A stretch of 64,000 bases of DNA from Bryobacterales bacterium. GTDB lineage: Bacteria; Acidobacteriota; Terriglobia; Bryobacterales; UBA6623. Shown here one piece after another: positions 9,802-20,374 of the stretch (its first letter is position 1; the number at the start of each line of letters is the position of its first letter). The notes under the pieces were generated by a model. It did no database searches. It was not told the DNA's origin and saw only the letters and a list, made by a program, of their open reading frames with translations. The translations under genes were made by a program, and so were the position numbers. Location of the stretch: contig CAXXKD010000001.1 in the NCBI GenBank assembly GCA_963422375.2, positions 288,001 through 352,000 on the forward strand, in the 5' to 3' direction.

Positions 9802-11235
9802 CTACGCCAGCGCCTTGCGGACCACCTTGCCATGCACGTCAGTCAGGCGGAAGTGGCGACCTTGATACTTGAACGTCAGCTTCTCGTGCTGAATCCCGAG
9901 CAGGTGCAGGATCGTCGCATGCAAGTCATGGACATGCACCGGATCCCGGGTGACGTTATAGCTGAACTCGTCGGTCTCGCCGACGGACGCTCCCGGCCGG
10001 ACGCCGGCGCCGGCCATCCACATCGTGAAGCAGCGCGGGTGGTGGTCGCGACCGTAGTTGTCCTCGGTGAGCTTGCCTTGGCTGTATACGGTGCGTCCGA
10101 ACTCGCCGCCCCACACCACCAAGGTGTCCTCCAGGAGCCCCCGCTGGGCCAGGTCGCGCACCAAGGCGGCCGATGCTTGGTCGGTGTCGAGGCACTGCTT
10201 GCGGATCTGCGCGGGAAGGTCGGTGTGCTGGTCCCAGCCGCGATGGAAGAGCTGCACGAAGCGCACGTCTCGTTCCAGCAGCCGCCGGGCGAGCAGGCAG
10301 TTCGCGGCGTAGGTGCCGGGCTTGCGCGATTCGGGCCCGTACAGCTCGAACATGGACTCCGGCTCCTTGGAGAGGTCCGTCAGCTCGGGAACCGAGGCCT
10401 GCATGCGGAACGCCATCTCGTACTGCGACACGCGCGTCAGAATCTCCGGGTCGCCGAAGTCCTGGTACTTGATGTCGTTCAATTGGGCGAGGTCGTCAAG
10501 GAAGCGGCGGCGCGCGGCCCGGTCGATGCCGTCGGGGTCGGACAGGTACAGGACCGGGTCGCCAGTTGACCGGAACTTGACGCCTTGGTAGCGCGTCGGC
10601 AGGAACCCGCTCCCCCACAGCCTGTCGTACAGCGGCTGGCCGTTCCTGCCGCTGCCCGAGGAGACCATGACGACGAATCCGGGCAGGTCGCGGTTCTCGC
10701 TGCCCAAGCCGTACGAAATCCAGGCGCCGATCGAGGGCCTGCCCGCCAGCTGCGCTCCCGTCTGGAAGAAGGTCACGGCGGGGTCGTGGTTGATGGCCTC
10801 GGTATGCATCGACTTGACGATGCAGAGGCGGTCGGCGATTTCCGCCGTGCGGGGAAGCAGCTCGCTGAACCACGCGCCCGTCGCGCCGTGCTGGCGGAAG
10901 CGGAACATCGAGGGCGCGACCGGAAAGGACGACTGCGTCGCGGTCATCGCCGTCAGGCGCTGGCCCTGCCGCACCGAGTCGGGCAGGTCCGCGCCCCGCA
11001 TGCGCTCGAGTGTCGGCTTGTGATCGAACAGGTCGACCTGCGAAGGGGCGCCCGACTGGAAGAGGTAGATGACCCGCTTCGCCTTGGGCGCGAAGTGAGG
11101 GATGCCGGGCAGGCCCTTGGCCTGAAGATCGTCGCCCAGCAGGCTCGCGAGCGCCGCGACCCCGAGCCCGTACGCGCTCGAGCCGAAGAAGTGCCGACGC
11201 GTGCAGTGCTCCGAACCAAGGCTCTGCAGTCTCAT
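9802..11235 (-). CDS. DUF1501 domain protein (twin-arginine N-terminus)
   Basis: [71 protein letters not shown]. Confidence 0.93.
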   Translation of the reverse strand: MRLQSLGSEHCTRRHFFGSSAYGLGVAALASLLGDDLQAKGLPGIPHFAPKAKRVIYLFQSGAPSQVDLFDHKPTLERMRGADLPDSVRQGQRLTAMTATQSSFPVAPSMFRFRQHGATGAWFSELLPRTAEIADRLCIVKSMHTEAINHDPAVTFFQTGAQLAGRPSIGAWISYGLGSENRDLPGFVVMVSSGSGRNGQPLYDRLWGSGFLPTRYQGVKFRSTGDPVLYLSDPDGIDRAARRRFLDDLAQLNDIKYQDFGDPEILTRVSQYEMAFRMQASVPELTDLSKEPESMFELYGPESRKPGTYAANCLLARRLLERDVRFVQLFHRGWDQHTDLPAQIRKQCLDTDQASAALVRDLAQRGLLEDTLVVWGGEFGRTVYSQGKLTEDNYGRDHHPRCFTMWMAGAGVRPGASVGETDEFSYNVTRDPVHVHDLHATILHLLGIQHEKLTFKYQGRHFRLTDVHGKVVRKALA

Positions 11236-11448
11236 AGGCCGCGCTCCCGCGCACATTATAGCGAGCCGGTCGGGCGTCGTCGGGATCCTCGCGGTCAGTC
11301 TGGCGATGCTTGGTCCCCAAGGGCAGCTACAGGCCTCCCCGGGCCCGCTCTCGCCGAGGAGGGGGCTCGCGAGAGGATTCCGCGCAGCCGGGGTGCCGTC
11401 GCGGGGTTCCCGGCATCGAGTCGCCCCGGCGGTCCCCGCCGGATGCGG

Positions 11449-14400
11449 CTATTCCCTCGTGATGGTCTCGTCGAGGTTCAGGACGAGGCTAGCCATCGTC
11501 GTGTAGGCCGCGAACTCGGGCTCCGGCCAGCTTGGGCGCGCAGGCGGCTCACTCCCGGCCAGCAGGTCCCTCGCCGATTCGGGGGCGCTGCGGAAGCGGT
11601 CCAAGTGATAGCCGAAGCCCGAAGCCAGGATCTCCTCTTCATCCCGGCCCGGGTGCCTGCCGGTCGCGAGACGGAAGAGGTGCCCGAGCCGGCCGTCCCG
11701 GCCGCCCGCGGCTTCGCGCAGGGCCCGGGCGGCGAGGGCCTTGGAAGCGTCCAAGTACGTCTCGTCGTTCATGCGGTTCAGTGCTTGCAGGGGCGTGTTC
11801 GTCCGCACGCTGCGCACCGTGCAGGCCTCGCGGCCCGCGGAATCGAACAGCATCATCGACGGCGGCGGCACTGCGCGCTTCCAGAACGTGTACAGGCTGC
11901 GGCGGTGGAGGTCCGCGCCTTGGCCCACGGCGTAGTCCTCGCCGCCGGCGAGTTCCGTCCACAGGCCCGCGGGCTGGTAGGGCCGTACCGAAGGGCCCCC
12001 CACGACATCGACCAGCAGGCCGGACACGGCCAGGCTGAGATCGCGCACGGCCTCGGCGGGCAGGCGCAGCCGCGGCCCGCGCGCGAGCAGCCGATTGTCC
12101 GGGTCGCGCTCGAGATCCTCGCGCCGGATGCGCGAGGACTGCCGGTAGGCCGCGCTCATGACCATCGTCTTGACCAGCGCCTTGAGGTCCCAGCCCGAGT
12201 CCATGAACTCGACCGCCAGCCAGTCCAGCAGGTCCGGATGGGCCGGCCATTCGCCCTGCGCGCCGAAGTCCTCGGCGGTCCGGACGATGCCCGTGCCCCA
12301 CAGCATCTGCCAGACCCTGTTCACCGTCACCCTGGCCGTGAGCGGATTGTCCCGCGAGACCAGCCAGCGCGCGAAGCCCAGCCTGTCGCCCGGGTCGCTC
12401 CCCGACAGGGCGGCCGGCAGCCCGGGCAGGACCTCTTCGGCCGGAGCGTCGTAGGCGCCGCGATCCAGCCGGAAGGTCTTCTTGCGCGGGGTCATCTCCC
12501 GCATCACCATTACGGTCGGTACCGAGTCGGCAAGCGCGTGCCGCCCGCGCTCTAGGTCCCGGATAGCCGCGACGAGGCCGGTGAGGTCTTCCGGGCCGAG
12601 CGCGCTGGCGTACGCCTGGTCCAGCTTGCGCGTCTCGGCTGCGCTGCGATCGCCTTCGGGGAGGCCCGCGATCGCGTCGAGGCTCCGGCCGACCGCGGCG
12701 ACCTCGACCTCCTCGGGCGAAAGCGCCCTCTCGTAGACAAGGAGACGGCGCATCGAGCCGCGGAAGTCGAGACCGAGGCCCCGCCCGACGCGCAGCGGCT
12801 CCTTGGACTTGATCTCCTGGTTCATCTCGTCGCGGATCACGCTGACCGTCGCGGGCTGTCCGTTCAGGTAGATCCGCAGGCCCGAGGCGAGACGCGTGCC
12901 GTCGTAGGTGAAGGCGACGTGCTGCCACTCGCCGAGGCTCACAGGGGCCTTGGATTCCACCCGCAGGCAGTCGTCCAGCCAGCGATTGACCAGGTTGACT
13001 TGGACCTTCCCGTCCTTGAGGTACAGGCCCCATCCCGGATTCCCCTGCGTGTCGTCCTCGGGCCTGACGTTTCTCGTCTTGGAGACGATCGCACCGTCCG
13101 GGGACTCCGGGCGGATCCACGCCGCGACGCTGAAGCGCCCGTAGAAGCTGAAGTCCGCCTGGTCCCCGAGGTCAGCGAAGTCCCCGCCCGCGAAGGAGCG
13201 TTCCGCGGGCCGCGGCGTTTCAGGTCCCTCCGGAAACGCCACTGCGAGATCCCTCGGGTCGCCCCAGTCCGTCGGCTGGTCGGCAAGATCTCTGGACCAG
13301 CCGCGCTTCGCGTCCGCCAGATCGCGCTCCATCCGCTCGCGCTGCCGCCGCAGATCCGCCAGCCGGGCGTCCAAGCCGGCCAGCCGCTTCGCCTGCTCGG
13401 CGGTCGGGGCCCTGACGAACGGCGGGGAATTGCCGTACTTGAACGCCTTGCCCTTCTCCGGGACGTTGTTGAAGTACGCGAACAGCTCGTAGTATTCGCC
13501 CTGCGTCACCGGGTCGTACTTGTGGTCGTGGCAGCGGGCGCAGCCCAGCGTCAGTCCGAGCCAGACGGTCGACGTGGTGTCCACGCGGTCGACCACGTAC
13601 TCCACGGCGTACTCGGCGTCCACGATGCCGCCCTCGCCGTTGCCGCGGTGGTTGCGGTTGAAGCCCGTTGCGATCACTTGGTCCAAGGTTGCGCCGGGCA
13701 GCATGTCGCCGGCCAACTGCTCGACCGTGAACTCGTCGAATGGCTTGTTCGCCGCGAAGGCGTCGATCACCCAGTCGCGCCAGCGCCACATGTCGCGCTC
13801 CGCGTCGGTCTGGTAGCCGTTGGTGTCGGCGTAGCGAGCCGCGTCCAGCCAGCGGGCGGCCATTCGCTCGCCGTAGCCCGGCGACGACAGCAGCCGGTCC
13901 ACGACCGACTCGTAGGCGTTCTCGGATTCGTCCGCGAGGAACGCGTCGACGTCGGCCAGCTCCGGCGGGCGGCCGGTCAGGTCGAGGCTGACGCGCCGCA
14001 CGAGGACTTCCCGCGAGGCGGGCGGGGTCGGCTCGATCCCTTCTTGGCGCAGTCGACGCAGCACGAAGCTGTCGACCGGGCTGGCGGGCCAGCCGGGGTG
14101 GGTGAGGTCGGGGACCTCCGGACGCTGCGGCGCGATGAACGCCCAGTGCCCCTGCCACTTCGCTCCCTGCTCGATCCAGCGCCGGATCAGATCGACTTCG
14201 CGCGCCGCCAGCGGGTCGTGTCCGAAGGCGGCCGGCGGCATGCGTCGGGCGGTGTCGGCGGTCGAGACCCTGGCGTACAGCTCGCTGGCGGCGGGGTCGC
14301 CGGGCACGATCGCCCTGCGCCTCCCGGCCAGCGGCGCCGCCGCGCCCTCCTCGGTGTCGAGGCGCAGGGCGGTCATGCGCTGGGCCTCGTCGGGACCGTG

Positions 14401-14529
14401 GCAGGCGTAGCAGTTCTCAGAGAGAATGGGCCGGATGTCGCGGTTGAAGCGAACCGCCGTGCCCGTCTCGGCCAGTGCGCCCGGTCCGAGAACCAAGGCC
14501 GCGATCGTCACTGTCGCCGCAAGTCGCAT
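11449..14529 (-). CDS. Planctomycete-type cytochrome c / DUF1549 / LamG / DUF1553 protein
   Basis: FNRDIRPILSENCYACHGP (CxxCH), GHWAF, YGERMAARWLDAARYADTNG, CARCHDHKYDP, LamG-like insert (WQHVAFTYDG), NPLTARVTVNRVWQ, TNTPLQAL, LNLDE. Confidence 0.93.
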   Translation of the reverse strand: MRLAATVTIAALVLGPGALAETGTAVRFNRDIRPILSENCYACHGPDEAQRMTALRLDTEEGAAAPLAGRRRAIVPGDPAASELYARVSTADTARRMPPAAFGHDPLAAREVDLIRRWIEQGAKWQGHWAFIAPQRPEVPDLTHPGWPASPVDSFVLRRLRQEGIEPTPPASREVLVRRVSLDLTGRPPELADVDAFLADESENAYESVVDRLLSSPGYGERMAARWLDAARYADTNGYQTDAERDMWRWRDWVIDAFAANKPFDEFTVEQLAGDMLPGATLDQVIATGFNRNHRGNGEGGIVDAEYAVEYVVDRVDTTSTVWLGLTLGCARCHDHKYDPVTQGEYYELFAYFNNVPEKGKAFKYGNSPPFVRAPTAEQAKRLAGLDARLADLRRQRERMERDLADAKRGWSRDLADQPTDWGDPRDLAVAFPEGPETPRPAERSFAGGDFADLGDQADFSFYGRFSVAAWIRPESPDGAIVSKTRNVRPEDDTQGNPGWGLYLKDGKVQVNLVNRWLDDCLRVESKAPVSLGEWQHVAFTYDGTRLASGLRIYLNGQPATVSVIRDEMNQEIKSKEPLRVGRGLGLDFRGSMRRLLVYERALSPEEVEVAAVGRSLDAIAGLPEGDRSAAETRKLDQAYASALGPEDLTGLVAAIRDLERGRHALADSVPTVMVMREMTPRKKTFRLDRGAYDAPAEEVLPGLPAALSGSDPGDRLGFARWLVSRDNPLTARVTVNRVWQMLWGTGIVRTAEDFGAQGEWPAHPDLLDWLAVEFMDSGWDLKALVKTMVMSAAYRQSSRIRREDLERDPDNRLLARGPRLRLPAEAVRDLSLAVSGLLVDVVGGPSVRPYQPAGLWTELAGGEDYAVGQGADLHRRSLYTFWKRAVPPPSMMLFDSAGREACTVRSVRTNTPLQALNRMNDETYLDASKALAARALREAAGGRDGRLGHLFRLATGRHPGRDEEEILASGFGYHLDRFRSAPESARDLLAGSEPPARPSWPEPEFAAYTTMASLVLNLDETITRE

Positions 14530-14632
14530 CCCGCTTGGATTATACGTTTCGCCGGCCTGCGGTCGTTGGCGAGGCCGCCCCGATTGCGGCGTGATCGCGG
14601 ATTCCCCGGGGCGGGGCGGCGGGTTGCGCGCC

Positions 14633-15163
14633 CTACATCAGCTGCGGGGACCCGCTTCGCGCGATCAGGGCGACCGCGTGGGCCTCGGCCAGCTCGCAGT
14701 TGCCGACGGGCCCGATTCCCTCACCGGTCTTGGCCTTCAGCCCGATGCTGCCCGGTTTGGTCCCGACCAGAGCGGCGATGTTCTCGCGAATGCGGCTGCG
14801 GTACGGCAGGATTTTAGGCCGCTCGAGCACTACGACCGCGTCCAAGTTGACAACGCGCCAGCCGTAGCTCACCAGCAGCTCGGACGCGTGGCGCACGAAC
14901 ACGCTGCTCTCAACGTCCTTCCACTGCGGGTCCGAGTGAGGGAAAAGCTCGCCGATGTCTCCTTGGCTGGCTGCCCCCAGCATCGCGTCGGTGATCGCGT
15001 GCAGGAGGATGTCGGCATCGGAGTGCCCTTCCAGTCCCTTTTCGGACGGGATCTGGACCCCGCCCAGTACCAGCCGCCGCCCGACGCGCAGGCGGTGCGA
15101 GTCGTAGCCGATCCCCACTCGGAACTCGGGCGGCTCAAACTCGAGAATCGGAGGCGGATTCAC
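14633..15163 (-). CDS. ispF: 2-C-methyl-D-erythritol 2,4-cyclodiphosphate synthase
   Basis: RVGIGYDSHR, GHSDADILLHAITDAMLGA, GDIGELFP, KAKTGEG. Confidence 0.96.
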   Translation of the reverse strand: MNPPPILEFEPPEFRVGIGYDSHRLRVGRRLVLGGVQIPSEKGLEGHSDADILLHAITDAMLGAASQGDIGELFPHSDPQWKDVESSVFVRHASELLVSYGWRVVNLDAVVVLERPKILPYRSRIRENIAALVGTKPGSIGLKAKTGEGIGPVGNCELAEAHAVALIARSGSPQLM

Positions 15164-15863
15164 GGCTTTCGTCCTCGAAGTACAACCGGGCGAGCGTCAT
15201 GTGATGGGGGCGCGTGATCTTGATGTTGCGCTCGCTGCCGCGCATCACGTACACATCCTCGTTGAGATGCTCGACGAGGCTGGCCTCGTCCGTGCCGACG
15301 AAGTCGTCGCGGCGGGCCCGCTCGAAGGCGCGCTTCAGCAGGTCGATCTCGAAAACCTGCGGCGTCTGCACTAGCATGATGCGCTCGCGCGGCAGCGTGG
15401 CCTCGACGACCTTGCGGCTCACCTGCTTCACGGTCTCCTCCGCGGGCATCCCGAGGATCACCGCCCGGCGGAGCGACGCCTCGCGCACCGCGTCCTCGAT
15501 CAGCTGCACGGGCACCAGCGGGCGGACGCCGTCGTGGACGGCCACTAGGTCGGTGTCGCTCGAGACCGCGTCGAGGCAGCGCCCGACGGATTCCTGCCTG
15601 GTGCGCCCGCCGGCCAGCACGCGGACGCGCTTGGCCCGCGAGGTGCCGAGCATCGCCCGGACGGCGTCCTCGCTGCCTTCGGGCACGGCGACCAGGATCT
15701 CGCTAACGCTCGGCGCGGCGAGGAACTTGCTGACTGTCAGCGCGAGGATCGGCACGCCGCCCAGCTTCATGAACTGCTTGCGCGCGCTGCCGTACTGCCC
15801 CGCGCCCGCCGTACCCATGCGGGTGCCGTGCCCGGCGGCCGGGAGGATGGCGGCTACGCACAT
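15135..15863 (-). CDS. ispD: 2-C-methyl-D-erythritol 4-phosphate cytidylyltransferase
   Basis: AAGHGTRMG, KQF, GGRTRQES, VHDGVRP, VQTPQVF, TDEASLVE, NIKIT. Start ATG 15863 (or GTG 15869). Confidence 0.96.
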   Translation of the reverse strand: MCVAAILPAAGHGTRMGTAGAGQYGSARKQFMKLGGVPILALTVSKFLAAPSVSEILVAVPEGSEDAVRAMLGTSRAKRVRVLAGGRTRQESVGRCLDAVSSDTDLVAVHDGVRPLVPVQLIEDAVREASLRRAVILGMPAEETVKQVSRKVVEATLPRERIMLVQTPQVFEIDLLKRAFERARRDDFVGTDEASLVEHLNEDVYVMRGSERNIKITRPHHMTLARLYFEDESRESASDSRV

Positions 15864-15912
15864 GCTCACGGATTATGCGCCAAGGCACCCTCGCGGGCCG
15901 CGGTCGGCGAGG

Positions 15913-16809
15913 CTAGGACTCAAGCGCCTGCTTGCAGTAAGTGAAGCACTTGCCGACCTCCGTCAGCGTGTCGGCTCCCTTGTACTCGTACTCGATATTC
16001 GCCGGGATGTCGTACCCGTTGTCCCGCAGCAGGGCCAGCACCTCGCGGATCGGCGTGTCGCCCTTGCCGAACTCCACGTTCTCGCCCTGGTTCGCCTTGC
16101 GATCCTTGATGTGCAGGGTGACAATTCTCTCGTGGTGCTTGCTGATGTAGTCGACCGGGTCGAACCCAGCGGCCACGAAGTGCCCGATGTCGAGATTCAC
16201 CACGATCTGGTTGTGGCCCTGGGAAGCGGCCTCGAAGTCGGCGGGAGTGGCGAATTCGTTTTCGCGGATGCGGGAGTGATTGTGCATCCCGACGAGCATG
16301 CGGTAGCGCTTGGCGATCGGATCGACGCGCTTCGCCACGCTGACCGTCCCTGACGCCGTGATGGCCTTCGCGCCCATCGCCCTGGCCATTTCGAAGCCGC
16401 GAGCGATCTCCTCGTCGGTGAAGTCGTCCCGGAAGCTGTAGTTCAGCGAGTTCAGCTCGATCCCCGCTTCGTGGAATTTCGTGCCGATCTCCTCGAACTT
16501 GGAGAGGGGTGTCTCCAGCCGGTAGGCGCGCAGCTTCTCTCGCCCGTCCTTCGCCCTGCGCAGCTCGCGCAGCGGTTCGGTATGGCCGCTCCAGAGCTCG
16601 CAGGAACCGATGCCGATCGATTTCATCGCCTCGATCGCCGTGTCCAGTGGGCGGTCGCGGAAGCTGTAGCTCTGGACCCCGACGGAGACGCCGTTGACCG
16701 TGGAGTCGATGCGCTCGTGCGCGAGCGCGCTCCTCGCGAGCGCCGCTGTCGTGCCAGCGACCATCAGGTTGCGTCCAAATTCTCGACGCGTGCAGCTGAT
16801 TGGATTCAT
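15913..16809 (-). CDS. Sugar phosphate isomerase/epimerase TIM-barrel protein with Tat signal
   Basis: TRREF signal, GVQSYSFRD, MHNH, LDIGHF, LHIKD, IEYE. Confidence 0.9.
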   Translation of the reverse strand: MNPISCTRREFGRNLMVAGTTAALARSALAHERIDSTVNGVSVGVQSYSFRDRPLDTAIEAMKSIGIGSCELWSGHTEPLRELRRAKDGREKLRAYRLETPLSKFEEIGTKFHEAGIELNSLNYSFRDDFTDEEIARGFEMARAMGAKAITASGTVSVAKRVDPIAKRYRMLVGMHNHSRIRENEFATPADFEAASQGHNQIVVNLDIGHFVAAGFDPVDYISKHHERIVTLHIKDRKANQGENVEFGKGDTPIREVLALLRDNGYDIPANIEYEYKGADTLTEVGKCFTYCKQALES

Positions 16810-17313
16810 GAAATAATCCCGAACTTGCCAGCTTATCACAGGCCCGCCGGCCTGCCGTGCCCGTCCGCAGCGGTCGCCGGTCGGCTAGGAACCGTGCGCG
16901 CCGCTGCTCCCGGCACGGGGCGGAGTCGGCCGCCGCCCGGGGTGCGCGACGGCGGCGGCGCGGCGGCCTGCTACCGGCCCCTCGGCGGGCGAGGGATCGG
17001 GAAGCCTGCTACCGTAACGCACTGAACGCGCCTCGCCGTGCGAAGTGCCTAGGTGCCCGGGATGAGGTTCGCGGGTTGCGGCGCGACGAGCCTGCTCTCG
17101 GCGTGGCACTCGTGAGCGAGTACGAGCGCAGAATCGCCGGCGCCGCTCCCTACTTCGGGCTTGGCCCGATTGAGACCGAGCCGGACAGCCTGTACCGGGG
17201 CGACGGCTGCGAGGCGTTCCTGGACGTTGGCTTCGAGGCCGGGCTGGACCGCCCGATGCAGCTGATCGGCAGCGATTCTCAATCTGGACATTCTTGGGAT
17301 TTCCATAGTGTCT

Positions 17314-18858
17314 GAGCCTTTTGCAAAATTCAGAAAAGAGGGCTGACCGCCCCATGAACGACTAGTTTCCGGGCTGTTATTCTCGCCGAAAAAGACTCCC
17401 TTCAGCTGGGCTTGCTCGGCTGCGGGGCGCTCCTGCGGGGATCGGCCCCGTGCAGGCGCAGCTCTCCCGGCCCGGCCCTGCGGGCGGGCGCTCTTCGCGG
17501 CTGTCCCGGCGGCCCGGGCTCTCGGAGCGCCAGGCGCAGGAGCTGCTCCACCGTCAGCGCGAGCACGCCGAACAGGAGGTGGCACAGCACCTTGCCGCGG
17601 CCGCGGACGCGCACGCGGCGCCCGCCGCAATCGTCCTTCAGGCGGCCGTTGACACGCTCCACCGTCGAGCGCTCGCGGTAGCGCAGCTTGGCGGGATCCG
17701 CCCGCCCGGCGCTGCGCAGCGCCTTGGCCTCCCGTTCCAGATCCGCCTGCAGCTCCGTCCGGCCGCGCGGGTTGACATCGATGAGCGGCACGTGCCCGAG
17801 CCGCTTGCTGAAGGCCCGGATCCCGGCCGCGTCGCGCGCGCTGTCCATCCGGTCGTACAGGTTGTCGACGCGGCCCGCGGTCCGTGTCGCCAGCGGGATC
17901 GCGGCCTGGCTGTCGTGCAGCGAAGCCGCGGTGAGCAGGCAGCTGACCGGGATCCCGCCGTCGATCGCGTCGATATGCAGCTTGTAGCCGCGCCAGCTGA
18001 CGGTACGGCCCTTGGCGTTGCGCTTGGTGCCGGTATCGCAGCCCTGCGGCAGGTCGTGCAGCATTGCTTCGAGATTCATGTCGGGCTGCCGCGCCAGTCG
18101 GCGCGGAGCGGGCGGCCGCTGCTCGCCCTTGCGAGGGCGCCCGCGCTTGCGTTTCGGCTGGGGTTCCGGCGCGGGCTTCCCGGCGGGCCGCTCGCGACCC
18201 TCGATGGCGGTCGAGTCGCGGGAGACGCGCCCTGCCAAGCGGCCGTCGAGCGTCCGCGCGAGCAGCGCCTCGTGCAAGCGTCCGGGCAGTTCGCCGGCGG
18301 CGAACTCGGCGAAGGCGCGCGAGAAGGTTGCCTCGCCGGGCACGGCCCCGGCCAGGTCCCAGCCGCACAGTCGGCGCAGGGTGCGATCGGTCTGCAGGCG
18401 CTCGACCGGCGAGCGCGTAGCGGGCTGGTCGAAGACGGCCTTGGCGATGAAAGCGCGCGCCATGGCGGCGCGGCTTGCGAGGGGGCGGCCGCGGCCGCCC
18501 TGCCCGACGGGCAGGCAGTCCTCGACCTGCGCCAGTTCCACCGCTTGGACGAAGCTGCGGCAGCGCTCGCCGAGGGGGCCGAGTTCCTGCTCGAGCCAGG
18601 GGAACAGCCCCTGCTGGAACGTGAACCAGTACGCGGATACGGTTTCTATCAAGGACATATTCGTTGAATTCTGCCAGCTGTTTACTAGGCTTGCATTACA
18701 ATAATAGCACGGATGGCAAGGGATTGCCAGGAAACTCAAAACGCATGACAAGCCATTAAAACTACATTTACTACAGTTCTATTCCATTGATTATATCGAA
18801 TACTTAATAGACTAACTAAATGATAATGCTATGAGCTCGGGATTTTTGCAAAAGGCTC
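17314..18858 (-). mobile_element. IS1182/IS5-like insertion sequence (1545 bp)
   Basis: TIRs GAGCCTTTTGCAAAATTC (17314) and GATTTTTGCAAAAGGCTC (ending 18858), 17/18 match; GTCT duplicated at 17310-17313 and 18859-18862. Confidence 0.9.
17402..18658 (-). CDS. DDE transposase (IS1182/IS5-like)
   Basis: ARAFIAKAV, LRRLCGW, EATFSRAF, VSRDSTAI, WRGYKLH, SLHDSQAAIPL, YRERSTVERVNGRLKD. Some conserved positions look degenerate (MDSARD). Confidence 0.88.
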   Translation of the reverse strand: MSLIETVSAYWFTFQQGLFPWLEQELGPLGERCRSFVQAVELAQVEDCLPVGQGGRGRPLASRAAMARAFIAKAVFDQPATRSPVERLQTDRTLRRLCGWDLAGAVPGEATFSRAFAEFAAGELPGRLHEALLARTLDGRLAGRVSRDSTAIEGRERPAGKPAPEPQPKRKRGRPRKGEQRPPAPRRLARQPDMNLEAMLHDLPQGCDTGTKRNAKGRTVSWRGYKLHIDAIDGGIPVSCLLTAASLHDSQAAIPLATRTAGRVDNLYDRMDSARDAAGIRAFSKRLGHVPLIDVNPRGRTELQADLEREAKALRSAGRADPAKLRYRERSTVERVNGRLKDDCGGRRVRVRGRGKVLCHLLFGVLALTVEQLLRLALREPGPPGQPRRAPARRAGPGELRLHGADPRRSAPQPSKPS

Positions 18859-19185
18859 GTCTGAGAAGGGTGTCGAAGGCCGACTGGCGCAGGCTGGCGC
18901 TCAACTCTTGCTTGCGGATCGTGTGAGTTAGGATCTATGCCCCATTTTTGACTCGCTCCCGAGCGCCTTCCGCGAGACGGCCGACGGCCTGCCCGACCGT
19001 CGCACGGGCCGCAACATGCGGTACGCGGGCAGCGATGCTGCCGGTTGCGCCCTGGCCTGCCGCTTCACCCAGTGCGGGTCGTTCCTCGACTTCCAGCGGA
19101 GCATGGAGCAGGGCGGCTCCCGCTCCAACTGCCGGACCCTGTTCTACGTGGGCCGCATCCCCTGAGACAACCAAGTCCGCAATCG

Positions 19186-19576
19186 AGCTTGGTGTCGGCC
19201 ATCACGCTGCCGGTGCGCACGGAAAAGCGCTTGCCGCAGCCGCGGCAACGGTACGGAATCGAGGGGTGGGCCGTGCCGGACTGCACGCTGGAGCCGCGGC
19301 TGCGGGGGCATACTGGACCGTCCGGCCAGCGCATGGAGGCGAACCACTTTTCCGCGGATTCGTCATCGGGGAACATGGCGATCACTGCAATCAAAGTGAT
19401 GCCTTTACAAAACTACTTCCCGGGACTTTTCTTCTTCATTGACGACCTCATATATTGGAGATATTCTACCAAAAAATCCCACCAATTGTCAACAGATATC
19501 CGGAAGAAATATAAATTAATTTATGGATTGATAACTTGCCAAATCGGTTGCCTCGACACTCAGATATATAATTCCC
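19186..19576 (-). mobile_element. Truncated IS1595 copy (left TIR plus Zn-ribbon 5' part)
   Basis: GGGAATTATATATCTGAGTGTCGA end at 19576 and MFPDDESAEKWFASMRWPDGP...CRGCGKRF; near-identical to the 5' part of 29007-30523; breaks after ADTKL. Confidence 0.9.
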
Positions 19577-19619
19577 CTCGAAGAGGGCTTGGCATGGGAC
19601 ATGAGCCGCTGCCGGTAGC

Positions 19620-19990
19620 AGATCCTGGCGGGCGAGCTGGACGCGGAGGATCGCGTGACGGCCCTGCCCGCGCCGCCGCGCCACCTGCTCGAGACCGTGC
19701 GGATGGCGGCCTGCCGGGCCGAGACGGCCATGGCGGCCGTTGTCGCGCCCGGGCTGGCCAGGCCCGAGACGGCCCGCGAGCTGCTGCAGGCGCTGTTCCG
19801 CAGCGAGGCCGGCCTGCGCCCGCACCCGGCCGCGGGCACCCTCGCCGTGAGCCTGCTGCGCCAATCCGCTCGCGCCCGCGACGAAGCGCTCGGGCCGCTG
19901 ATCGAGGATATCAACCGCGCCCGGGCGGTGTTCCCCGGCACGGACCTGCGCTTGGCCTACGAGATCCTGCCCACCGCTCCGCCGCGCCCG
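19620..19990 (+). pseudogene. C-terminal fragment of a putative transposase
   Basis: HLLETVRMAACRAETAM...ARELLQALF...LIEDINRARAVFPGTDLRLAYE resembles the C-terminus of an unclassified transposase family; no N-terminal part. Confidence 0.55.
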
Positions 19991-20374
19991 GCGGGGGCCT
20001 GGCGCGTCAGGCGGGGCGCCGGAAGCGCGGGCTTTTCCGGCGCTCCGGGACGGCCGCCGGCCGCGTCCCGAGCCCGCCGCGGCGGGCTCCGCGGAGAGCT
20101 GCCGCGGCCGACGACGGCCCTCCACGGCGGTGATTGCACTGCTCCCGGCACCGGTGCCGGCCGGTCGGCGCGCAGACGCAGTCACCGGCGACACCGGTCT
20201 CCCGCTCGGTCGTGCCGGTATCAAGGCCCCGATCCACGCGTCCGCGTCTGCCCGCTCCAAGGCCGCCCACGAGTCCCTGCGGCCAGCCCATCGCCCCGGC
20301 CACACCGTCTCGCTCCGCTCCGACGCGAGCGTCTTGGACAACCTAAGACTGCCGACGTTCGGAATTCTGAGGCT

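Larger units (their letters stand above)
17270..19175 (+). mobile_element. ISNCY-like element relic (left end plus transposase 5' fragment), split by the IS1182/IS5-like element
   Basis: 18935-19170 encodes LPDRRTGRNMRY...FTQCGSFLDFQRSME...SNCRTLF.VGRIP*, homologous to 54790-55000. Sequence on both sides of the inserted IS rejoins to match 54683-54711 (22/29). The left end at 17270 (CAGCGATTCTC) is tentative. Confidence 0.65.

Noticed and set aside
10585..14817. 656-aa and 632-aa plus-strand ORFs (also 61824..63464 and 20830..22641)
   Set aside because: Antisense to well-supported genes, low-complexity composition, no motifs.
19163..19165. In-frame TGA at a Cys-equivalent position in the ISNCY fragment, and TGA 34652 in DUF1156, as selenocysteine
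   Set aside because: Both lie in clearly decayed pseudogenes, with no redox motif or SECIS-like hairpin noticed.
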